A DNA stretch of 64,000 nucleotides from Blastocatellia bacterium (GTDB lineage: Bacteria > Acidobacteriota > Blastocatellia > UBA7656), in assembly GCA_963765495.1 (NCBI GenBank), contig CAVXWP010000016.1:288001-352000 (forward strand), given 5' to 3'. Shown one piece after another: positions 31,297 to 39,705 of the stretch; position 1 is the stretch's first letter, and the number at the start of each line of letters is the position of its first letter. A program made the translations under genes and the position numbers. The notes beneath the pieces are model-generated. The model ran no database searches. It saw only the letters and a program-made list of their open reading frames with translations, and had not been told where the DNA came from.

Positions 31297-32211
31297 ATGG
31301 AGATGTCACATTTACGCACGTTTCGCGTGGTGGCCGAAACACTCAATTTCACGCGCGCATCCGAGCGATTGCACCTCACGCAATCGGCGGTCAGCCATCA
31401 GATAAAGGCGCTCGAAGAGGAATTAGGCGAGCCGCTTTTCATCCGCGCAAAACGCGGCGTAAAGCTGTCGCAGGCCGGGCAGGTGGCGCTCGAATATGCC
31501 GAGCGAATTCTCGGCGAGGCCGAAGCACTGCGCGAACGCCTCGCCGGACGAGAGCGCGCGGCAGTGGGGAGAGTGCGCGCGGCGGCGGCGACTCAGGCAT
31601 TCGTTCATCTGTTTGCGCCGTTGTTTGAATCCTTCATGCGCGAGCACGAGAAGATAGAGCTTTCATTTCACACGACGGTCACAACCGAGCAGACCATCTC
31701 CGATATTCTAAACGGTGTGGCCGATGTGGGGTTTGCATCTCTGCCGGTTTATTCCCCCTCGTTGCAGATGACCGAGTTGTTTGAAGACGAACTGGTTCTG
31801 GTCGTAGGTCACTCTCACGCGTTTGCGGCGAGGCAAGCGGCTTCGATTGAAGAGATCGAACGTGAGCGGCTGGTGCTGTTTGAGCGTGGCGCTTCGATTC
31901 GCCGCGCCACCGACGAGTTCTTCCGTCGCGTCCGTATACGGCCCGAGATGGCGCTCGAATCAAATGACACATATTTCATAAAGCTTATGGTAGAACACGG
32001 TTGGGGGATTTCCATGCTCCCGGCCTGGGCCGTGCGCGACGAGGTGAAGGCGGGAAAGCTCGCACAGTTGAGAATTGACAATCATCAGCTTCGGCGGTCG
32101 GTCGCTATGGTTTCGCTGGGCAAATTTCAAACGTCCCCAACACGCGCTTTCACAGCCTTTCTTATCAATCACAAAGACGAGTTACAGGAGATGGCAAGAG
32201 GCGTCTCGTGA
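31297..32211 (+). CDS. LysR family regulator
   Basis: NFTRASERLHLTQSAVSHQIKALEEELG. Confidence 0.95.
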   Translation: MEMSHLRTFRVVAETLNFTRASERLHLTQSAVSHQIKALEEELGEPLFIRAKRGVKLSQAGQVALEYAERILGEAEALRERLAGRERAAVGRVRAAAATQAFVHLFAPLFESFMREHEKIELSFHTTVTTEQTISDILNGVADVGFASLPVYSPSLQMTELFEDELVLVVGHSHAFAARQAASIEEIERERLVLFERGASIRRATDEFFRRVRIRPEMALESNDTYFIKLMVEHGWGISMLPAWAVRDEVKAGKLAQLRIDNHQLRRSVAMVSLGKFQTSPTRAFTAFLINHKDELQEMARGVS

Positions 32212-32323
32212 AGAGTGATTCGTGAAGAGTGATTCGTGAAGAGTGATTCGTGATTTAGCAGGTCAGCAAGTTGACTTAAACCTGCGACCTGCCTGAAAGT
32301 CACGAATCACTCTTCACGAATCA
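32206..32323. repeat. Heptamer-arm palindromic element, CGTGA family
   Basis: (CGTGAAGAGTGATT)x3 ... tcacgaatcactcttcacgaatca; contains both flanking stop codons. Confidence 0.9.
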
Positions 32324-33064
32324 GAGATATCTGAGGCTGAGGCTGCCTGACACGGAGGACATGTTCAGGCTACGCGAGCCGTTTCCGACTCTGCCGTGTG
32401 CGTGCTGTCTGGTGGTGTATTTTTCCGAACGAACTTCGATGGGGAAATCGGTCTTGATCGAGCCGCTGAAACTCGACATATCAATATCGGCATCGAGGTT
32501 TGCGGGGAGCCGGATGTCCACATCACCGCTTACGGATGAGAACTTCATATCGTCGTTGCCTTCGAATCGGCTTATCTCGACGCTCACATCGCCGCTCACG
32601 CTTGTGGCGTTGACGGAACCGCTCACGTCTTTGATCTCTACATTGCCGCTCACGCTCGAAGACCTGAGTTTGCCGGTCACACCGCTGACATGCACATCGC
32701 CGCTTACGGACGAAATGCCGTCAAAATCGTAGTTGACTCCTGCCGGAACCTGCACTTCGAATTTGACGCTTGCATCGCAATCACAGTGTTTTGGGTAACG
32801 CACGTGCACATCTACGTCGTTGCCGCTGCTGTGGTCTTCAATCTCTACCATGTCGCGGTCGCGGCCCTGTTTAAAGCCACTCACGATAACGGCATCGCCG
32901 TTGTAAGCCGTCACCTGCACGTTTCCCGACACCGTGCCTACGTCTATGCGCCCGCCCGCGCCTATTCGATATGATTTTTGAAAATCCTGGGCCGCAACCG
33001 ATGTGGCAAGCGCCAGGCAAAAGAGGGATGAAACTACAACGAGACGAAATGATTTTCTGCTCAT
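32321..33064 (-). CDS. Exported DUF4097 beta-strand repeat protein
   Basis: Repeated SVSGDV motifs; signal peptide. Confidence 0.85.
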   Translation of the reverse strand: MSRKSFRLVVVSSLFCLALATSVAAQDFQKSYRIGAGGRIDVGTVSGNVQVTAYNGDAVIVSGFKQGRDRDMVEIEDHSSGNDVDVHVRYPKHCDCDASVKFEVQVPAGVNYDFDGISSVSGDVHVSGVTGKLRSSSVSGNVEIKDVSGSVNATSVSGDVSVEISRFEGNDDMKFSSVSGDVDIRLPANLDADIDMSSFSGSIKTDFPIEVRSEKYTTRQHAHGRVGNGSRSLNMSSVSGSLSLRYL

Positions 33065-33175
33065 AAAACTCAACTCCTTTCGAGGCTTCTTTAAGTACCG
33101 CGTTTCGAGGAGTGAGTGGCAGGGAAAACAAAAAGGTTTCAGAGTGGCAAAAATTTCATCTTTAAGATAAAGACC

Positions 33176-33928
33176 TTATCCCGGGTTTGTGCCGTAGTTG
33201 AGCGACATTATTCCACCGCCGAATTCGTGAAACCCCGTCTCGACGAAGCCTGCCCGCTTCATCATCTCTTCGATGCCGCGCTGTCCGGGATAGAGTTTGA
33301 GTGATTCGGGAATATAGCGATAAGTGTCGGCGTCGCCGTGGAGAATCAGCCCTACGGTCGAACCGACCACGATGAGATAACGCAGATAGAGCCAGCGATA
33401 GAGTCTGTTTGGAGGATGCCCGAAATCGAGAGAGCAGAATCGCCCGCTCGGTTTTAGCACCCGCTTTATCTCTTCAAGCGCGCCCTGCACGTCCGGCACA
33501 TTCCTTAAGGCGTAGCCTCCCGTCACACAATCAAAAGCATCATCCGGGAAAGGTATGTGCATGATGTCGGCTCGGTGAAACCCGACATTGGTCGCAGATT
33601 GCTCACGGCGCTTGCGTTCGGCGATGTCGAGCATACCTTGGGTTATGTCAAGCCCGATGGCCTGCCCGCGATTCAATTGCTTTGCGAGGGCAAAGGTTAT
33701 ATCCCCGGTTCCGCAGGCAAGGTCGAGCGCAATCTCATCGCCTTTGAGATCGAGCGTCTTTATAAGCTTGCGCTTCCAGCCACGGTCCATCCCGTAAGAC
33801 ATGAAGACCGTAAAGAAATCGTAGCGCGGAGCTATAGTCTCAAACAGCCGATTGACGTATCGCTGCTTCTTCTCTTTCGACGAGATGTATTCTTTAAGGT
33901 CCAGTTTCTCTGTCATATCTTCCGCCAT
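33176..33928 (-). CDS. ubiE: UbiE/MenG-family methyltransferase
   Basis: [28 protein letters not shown]. Confidence 0.8.
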   Translation of the reverse strand: MAEDMTEKLDLKEYISSKEKKQRYVNRLFETIAPRYDFFTVFMSYGMDRGWKRKLIKTLDLKGDEIALDLACGTGDITFALAKQLNRGQAIGLDITQGMLDIAERKRREQSATNVGFHRADIMHIPFPDDAFDCVTGGYALRNVPDVQGALEEIKRVLKPSGRFCSLDFGHPPNRLYRWLYLRYLIVVGSTVGLILHGDADTYRYIPESLKLYPGQRGIEEMMKRAGFVETGFHEFGGGIMSLNYGTNPG

Positions 33929-33981
33929 ATCAATCGCTCTCAACTATTTTCAGTTCCTATTTTGACGGCCCAAAATCCCGT

Positions 33982-34758
33982 TTATAGCCTGTAGCCGCCC
34001 GATATTTCAATCGTCTCGCCCGTTATGTTGCGGCCTTCGTCTGAGGCCAGAAACAACGCCATAGCCGATATGTCATCCTCTTCGACCATCCGCTTGAGCG
34101 CGGCAGGCTCCACGTATTCGCGCTCTACATCTTCGACCGCGCGATTCATCTCGGCAGCACGTCGGCGGATCACCTCTCCAATGCGAGGCCCGCGCACGGG
34201 GCCGGGCGCTATTGCATTCACCGTGATGTTATAACGGCCTACCTCATCGGCCAGGGTCCGCGTCAGCCCGATCATCCCCCACTTCGAGACGGCGTATGGA
34301 CTCCTGAGCGCGTAGGCCGCAAGCCCCGCAACCGATGTTATATTGATTATGCGACCGCTCTGCTGTTCGATCATCCGTGGCAGGGCATATTTGGCGCACA
34401 GGAATGCCCCAGTAAGATTCACCGCAAGCACCCGCTCCCATTCATCAAGGCTCACATTGATGACGGGCGCTGTCGGGCCTATGACTCCTGCGTTGTTGAC
34501 GAGAACATCTATGCGCCCAAACTCGTCAAGAGTGGCTCGGATGACATTCTCGACGCTTGCTTCATCGGCCACATCGGCAGATGTTGCGATTGCTCGTCCG
34601 CCCTGACCGCGAATCTCTTCGGCGACGTGTTCTATGGTTTCGCGGGTAGTCCCCGAGAGACTGACACAAGCGCCTTCGCTTGCGAATCGCAACGCTATTG
34701 CCCGTCCTATTCCTTTGCCCCCGCCTGTCACAATCGAGACTTTGCCTTCGAGTCGCAT
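33982..34758 (-). CDS. SDR oxidoreductase
   Basis: TGGGKGIG, NNAG, YAVSK. Confidence 0.9.
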   Translation of the reverse strand: MRLEGKVSIVTGGGKGIGRAIALRFASEGACVSLSGTTRETIEHVAEEIRGQGGRAIATSADVADEASVENVIRATLDEFGRIDVLVNNAGVIGPTAPVINVSLDEWERVLAVNLTGAFLCAKYALPRMIEQQSGRIINITSVAGLAAYALRSPYAVSKWGMIGLTRTLADEVGRYNITVNAIAPGPVRGPRIGEVIRRRAAEMNRAVEDVEREYVEPAALKRMVEEDDISAMALFLASDEGRNITGETIEISGGYRL

Positions 34759-34850
34759 TGGTTCCTCCCATCTGAATAAGGTTGATCAAGACCACTACTC
34801 CCGGGCTGCCGTGGCTATGATAGCCGATCAAGCCACCCGGATGATAGCGG

Positions 34851-34928
34851 AGTGATGCGCGAAGCGTGATTCGTGACAGGCATGCTACCTCAGAGTCACG
34901 AATCACGAATCACGAATCACGATTCACG
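34851..34928. repeat. Heptamer-arm palindromic element, CGTGA family (short core)
   Basis: gcgtgattcgtgac ... gtcacgaatcacgaatcacgaatcacgattcacg. Confidence 0.85.
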
Positions 34929-35215
34929 TCCGGCAGGGGAATATTATGCTCTGCGGCGGGTATTATTTCTGGTGAAGGAGGTTTGAAGATTATGAGCGCC
35001 AGACACACGAGCAGGCGATTCGACGCCCGGAGAGCAACAAAAGCTCATCGGTCAAGTACCCGAAAAGGTGACATGAATTGTCGCATAGCGAATGGCATAA
35101 TATGTAAATCCCGGTTATGGCCGCTTCTTGTCTCAATCGTCATGGGCGGTCCTTTTTCTGATAAACCTTGCCTTGAGTGCCGGTTGCGCCCTCTAGCAAA
35201 CCGCAAAGTGAAAAA

Positions 35216-35230
35216 TGGCATCATAATTGC
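35216..35230 (+). promoter_or_regulatory. Putative sigma54 -24/-12 promoter
   Basis: TGGCATCATAATTGC matches TGGCAC-N5-TTGC, with GG-N10-GC spacing. Confidence 0.65.
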
Positions 35231-35401
35231 GGAAACACAACGTTATAGAGGCCTGAACAGGTATCAGGCGATTGTGATTGAAAACTTTTGAGGAGACGAC
35301 TGAAGGAGATACGGAGGAACCCAATTAGCGAGAACTGACGTAAGAATCAGTAGCAACGGAATCGTTAGTGGAATGGCAACAGCGGAAGAAAGAGGTGGGA
35401 A

Positions 35402-36532
35402 ATGAATACCAACGGGCAAAAGAGAAAATTGGTGGCGCTTAACCCGGAAGCAAAGAGCCGGCGAGCGCAGGAATTTGAAGCAGGGCTTAGAGATCGAGTA
35501 GTAGGTCAGGACCGTGCCATTCGCAGCATCGCATCTCTGTATCAAGTCTTTCAGGCAGGAATGACAAATCCCGAGCGTCCGCTTGGCACGATGCTCTTCC
35601 TCGGCCCCACGGGGTCGGGCAAGACTCACGTAGTCGAGGCCGCCGCCGACATCCTGTTTGGAAATCCTCACGCGGTCATCAAAATAGACTGCGCCGAGTT
35701 TCAGCACTCGCACGAGATTGCAAAGCTCATCGGCTCGCCTCCCGGCTACCTTGGCCATCGCGAGACTGCACCGCTCCTCACTCAGGAGAATCTGGATAAA
35801 TATCGCACCGAGCGCGACCCGTTTACACTTGTTTTGTTTGACGAGGTCGAGAAAGCGTCAGATGCGCTGTGGCAGCTTCTTCTGGGCGTCCTCGACAAAG
35901 GGACTTTGACGCTTGGCGACAATCGCAAAGTAGATTTCTCGCAGTGCATGATCTTTATGACCTCAAATCTCGGGGCCAAAGAGATGAGCGAGTTGATCAC
36001 CGGCTCGATAGGCTTTGCGCCTGCCAGAAGCGCGGGTATGGTCGCAGACGATCTGGATCAGAAGATATATCGCACGGCGCTTGAAGCCGCGCGGCGTAAG
36101 TTCTCACCGGAATTTATGAACCGCATAGATAAGACCGTAGTCTTTCGCTCGCTCAAGCACGAGCAGTTGCAGCGAATACTCGAACTCGAACTCAGGTCCG
36201 TGCAGCAGAGGATTGATGAAGGCGCAGGCTCGGCATTTACTTTCGTCCTCACCAACGAAGCAAAAGAGTTTTTGCTTGAGGAAGGCATCGAATACCGTTA
36301 CGGCGCTCGCCACCTCAAGCGAGCAATCGAGCGCTTTCTGGTTTATCCGCTGGCGAATTTGTCGGCTACTCATCAGATCGGTCTGGGTGATGTGGTGGTG
36401 GTTGAACTCGACCCCGAAGACCAGAAATTCATCTTCTTCCGCGACGATGCCGAAACAAGCAGGGCTGCCGCGGCGATGGAAGCGGTTCAGGCTCTACAGG
36501 CAAATAACGATCAGAATCGCATCGCTGCCTGA
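35402..36532 (+). CDS. Stand-alone ClpA/B NBD2-type AAA+ ATPase
   Basis: RVVGQD, GPTGSGKT, GSPPGYLG, LFDEVEKA, PEFMNRID, YGARHLKR. Confidence 0.9.
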   Translation: MNTNGQKRKLVALNPEAKSRRAQEFEAGLRDRVVGQDRAIRSIASLYQVFQAGMTNPERPLGTMLFLGPTGSGKTHVVEAAADILFGNPHAVIKIDCAEFQHSHEIAKLIGSPPGYLGHRETAPLLTQENLDKYRTERDPFTLVLFDEVEKASDALWQLLLGVLDKGTLTLGDNRKVDFSQCMIFMTSNLGAKEMSELITGSIGFAPARSAGMVADDLDQKIYRTALEAARRKFSPEFMNRIDKTVVFRSLKHEQLQRILELELRSVQQRIDEGAGSAFTFVLTNEAKEFLLEEGIEYRYGARHLKRAIERFLVYPLANLSATHQIGLGDVVVVELDPEDQKFIFFRDDAETSRAAAAMEAVQALQANNDQNRIAA

Positions 36533-36562
36533 TCTGTAACAGTAAAGGCGAGTGTTCGAGAT

Positions 36563-36590
36563 AGGCCGGCAAAGTGGAATTGCCGGCCTT
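36563..36590. terminator. Hairpin between convergent genes
   Basis: aggccggcaa...ttgccggcct followed by pyrimidine-rich tract. Confidence 0.6.
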
Positions 36591-36628
36591 CTTCATTTTG
36601 AAGATTGCGGTGCTGCGGCCTCACCCCG

Positions 36629-37186
36629 TCAGGGCTGGTTGCTGTTTGCATTCTGCCCGGCCGGCGGTTGAGGCGGGTTCAATGCCTTGTTTGCCAGAGT
36701 AGTCAGCCTCCGCGATTGATAGAACAACAATTTGGAGCCTTCTATCAATTGACTCCAGTTATTGAGCGGCATCTGATTGTTTCCCGCCGCGAATTCGCTT
36801 CTGATCTTATCGAGATAAGTGCGCTCTCTTTTGAAATAATCTTCGACGCTTGCGGGAAAGTCATGCGCGCCCTGAGGCACGGGCAGCGCCTCGAACTCTT
36901 TTTGCTTCTGCTCGAATTTACCGTTTAATTTGTCTATCTCACCCAGCACCAGCGCCTGATCGTAAAAGACCGTGTTGTTCTCGCCCTTCTGCAATGACCG
37001 CGCTATGGTTTCGACCGTCAGCCGGGTGTCGTTTGCAATCGATTCCAGGATAGGCAGTACCTGACGAGCATAGTTCTGTACGCCCGGGATATCGTCCTGC
37101 GTGTGCGGGGCCGGTGCCGAAGAAGAGCACGCGGACAAAAAAAACAGGATCGCAGTTATTACAGCTGTAAGAGCTTTACTCATCAT
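36629..37186 (-). CDS. Lipoprotein, helical, unknown function
   Basis: Lipobox LSAC after a hydrophobic stretch. Confidence 0.7.
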   Translation of the reverse strand: MMSKALTAVITAILFFLSACSSSAPAPHTQDDIPGVQNYARQVLPILESIANDTRLTVETIARSLQKGENNTVFYDQALVLGEIDKLNGKFEQKQKEFEALPVPQGAHDFPASVEDYFKRERTYLDKIRSEFAAGNNQMPLNNWSQLIEGSKLLFYQSRRLTTLANKALNPPQPPAGQNANSNQP

Positions 37187-37241
37187 AGATTCCTGAACCA
37201 TCCTTTGATAGCCGACCCGAATCAGCAATCGTATTTATATT

Positions 37242-39386
37242 TCAACCCACAGCAGCCAGGCCAAACTTTGGCTGCCGCCGAACGATTTCGACAAGCCGCG
37301 CCGTATCGCGTGTGTTGCGACGAACGCTCAACATGTAATCGGCCTCGCGCCGGGCCTGCTCGAGTATCTTATAATCGCGGACGATGTTGCCCACGCGAAA
37401 TGCCGGTATTCCCGATTGCCTTGTGCCCATCACCTCGCCCGGCCCGCGTATCTCGAGGTCTTTTTCCGCGACCTTGAACCCATCGCTTGTCTCTTCCATT
37501 ATCGCCAGTCGCTCTCGCGCTTCGGCGGTGCGCTTATGACCCGCCAGCAGTATACAGAAAGCCTGATCGTCTCCGCGCCCTACGCGGCCTCGAAGCTGAT
37601 GCAATTGCGAGAGCCCGAACCGTTCGGCGTGCTCGACCACCATCACGCTCGCGTTCGGCACATCAACTCCAACCTCGATCACCGTCGTCGCCACGAGTAT
37701 CTGAATTGCGCCCCGGCGGAATTCCTCCATCGCATCGTCTTTCTCTTCCTGCTTCATGCGCCCGTGAACGAGACCTATGCGGAAGTTTGGGAAAACATCT
37801 CTTTGAAGATGCTCGGCCATCTGCGATGCATTGAGCAGATCGAGTTTTTCAGACTCTTCGACGAGCGGATAGACGATATAAACCTGGCGGCCCTGGCGGA
37901 TTATCGTATCCAGAAAATGATATATCTTGTTTCGGGCCTCTTCGCCGCGCACCTTTGTGATGACTGGCTTTCTGCCGGGCGGCATCTCGTCGATGATAGA
38001 GACATCGAGATCACCGTAAACGGTCATCGCAAGCGAGCGCGGAATCGGAGTGGCGGTCATCACCAAAACATCGGGGTTGTATCCGCGATTCATCAACTCC
38101 GCTCGCTGCAAGACGCCGAAACGGTGTTGCTCGTCTATGACCACAAATCCGAGTTTGTGAAACCGAACGCCCTCCTGTATCAGCGCGTGTGTCCCTATCA
38201 CAAGATCGGCTTCGCCCGCCGAGATGACTTCGTGAAGCTCGCGTTTGCGCGCCGCCGTGAGCGATCCGGTGAGCAACTCTACGCGGTAAGGCGTGGAAGC
38301 CGTAACCCGCTTTATGTTTTTCGCGTGCTGCTCGGCCAGTATCTCCGTAGGAACCATTATGGCTGTCTGATAGCCGTTCTCAATCGCCACAATCGCGGCC
38401 TGCACCGCTACTATCGTCTTGCCCGATCCGACATCACCCTGAAGCAGCCGATTCATAGGTTGCTGACTGGTCATGTCCGACACTATTTCGCGCAGCACCC
38501 TTTTTTGAGCGCCCGTAGGTTTGAAGGGCAACACTCGTCTGACGGCATCGCGCACCCGGTCGTTGACTTCGATCAATGTGCCCTTTGGCGACTGCTCTCT
38601 TCCTTGCCTCCGCAGCCCCATAGCAAGTCCAAGCCAGAAGAACTCTTCAAAGATCAGCCGCCTGTGCGCGGGCGATTGAACTTTGTTGTAAAGCTCAAGC
38701 GGCGCGTCATCGGCGGGGAAATGGACGTGTCGGAAAGCATCCGTCTGCGAGATCAGTTGATTGCGCTTGAGCAGTTCTTCCGGGATCGACTCTTCCATAT
38801 CGGAAAAGTCGAGCCTCTCAAGTACGTGATACATGATCGAGCGGAGTTGCTTGGCTCGCACCTCGCCAAGCTTGCGATAGACCGGAACCCTCCGGCCCAT
38901 ATGAATCGCATCCGCCGAGTCGTCATCATCGGTGATGAATTCATAATCGGGATTTTCAACTTCGAAGAAACCGCGACGGCCTCGTTTCCACTGGCCGTAA
39001 AGCAGGACCCGACGGCCTCTTGGAAAAGAGTTTTGCAGATAAGGCTGATTCCACCAGTAAGCCCGTATCTGCCCGGTTTCGTCTACGGCGGAAAACTCGA
39101 AAATCCTCAGTTTTCCGCCCTTCACGGCATAGGTTCCCGCGACTCTGACCTCAACTTCCAGAGTGGCCTCGGCACCGTGCTCAAGGTCGCGGATGCGAGT
39201 CAGATTTGAGCGGTCTTCATATCGCATAGGCAGGTAGTGAAGCAGATCCTCGACCGTAACCTGCAAGGGGTTTGCCCCGCCGAGAGAACCGGCTACGCCC
39301 ATTGCAAGCTTTTGCGCCGTCTTCATAGCCAGGCGTGGAATCTCGTGAAGGTGTAGTTCGTAAAGCGGGGTTGTGAGCTTGAGCAA
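37242..39386 (-). CDS. recG: ATP-dependent DNA helicase RecG
   Basis: QGDVGSGKT, DEQH, MTATPIPR, QLRGRVGR; TTG start after AAGGAG inferred. Confidence 0.96.
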   Translation of the reverse strand: MLKLTTPLYELHLHEIPRLAMKTAQKLAMGVAGSLGGANPLQVTVEDLLHYLPMRYEDRSNLTRIRDLEHGAEATLEVEVRVAGTYAVKGGKLRIFEFSAVDETGQIRAYWWNQPYLQNSFPRGRRVLLYGQWKRGRRGFFEVENPDYEFITDDDDSADAIHMGRRVPVYRKLGEVRAKQLRSIMYHVLERLDFSDMEESIPEELLKRNQLISQTDAFRHVHFPADDAPLELYNKVQSPAHRRLIFEEFFWLGLAMGLRRQGREQSPKGTLIEVNDRVRDAVRRVLPFKPTGAQKRVLREIVSDMTSQQPMNRLLQGDVGSGKTIVAVQAAIVAIENGYQTAIMVPTEILAEQHAKNIKRVTASTPYRVELLTGSLTAARKRELHEVISAGEADLVIGTHALIQEGVRFHKLGFVVIDEQHRFGVLQRAELMNRGYNPDVLVMTATPIPRSLAMTVYGDLDVSIIDEMPPGRKPVITKVRGEEARNKIYHFLDTIIRQGRQVYIVYPLVEESEKLDLLNASQMAEHLQRDVFPNFRIGLVHGRMKQEEKDDAMEEFRRGAIQILVATTVIEVGVDVPNASVMVVEHAERFGLSQLHQLRGRVGRGDDQAFCILLAGHKRTAEARERLAIMEETSDGFKVAEKDLEIRGPGEVMGTRQSGIPAFRVGNIVRDYKILEQARREADYMLSVRRNTRDTARLVEIVRRQPKFGLAAVG

Positions 39387-39705
39387 AAGTGTCACTCCTT
39401 CAAAACCCGAAGGCAAATTTCTTCGGGGCAATAAAATTCTAGGGGAGCATACACGGCCGGTCAAGAAACCGCCCTGTCTGAGCTAAATCACTCCGCAAGA
39501 AATCGGTACAAATGACTTTGAATGAAAGGTTGATCGGAATAGGCCGGGACGGCCGCGGATCGGCCTATTTCAACTTCCTTTTCTATATTTTGGAATACTG
39601 AATAGCCCTCGTTCAAATCACGATTAAACCATTCGATTCCAAAAGCGGTTGGTCTTACGGCGATACTTCTGTATATTGAATTCTTTTTCAGGCTCTCGGG
39701 TTACA

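Noticed and set aside
34866-35291. ORFs arising from repeat elements (also 2532-2741, 8980-9216, 24644-24898, 1420-1668)
   Set aside because: Translations such as SRITNHE and TAYCLLP are just the repeats read in frame.
37416-39209. 597-aa ORF antisense to recG, and similar shadows at 10897-11730, 45747-46655, 47976-48821 and 24926-25711
   Set aside because: Antisense shadows of conserved genes in GC-rich DNA, with no recognisable motifs.
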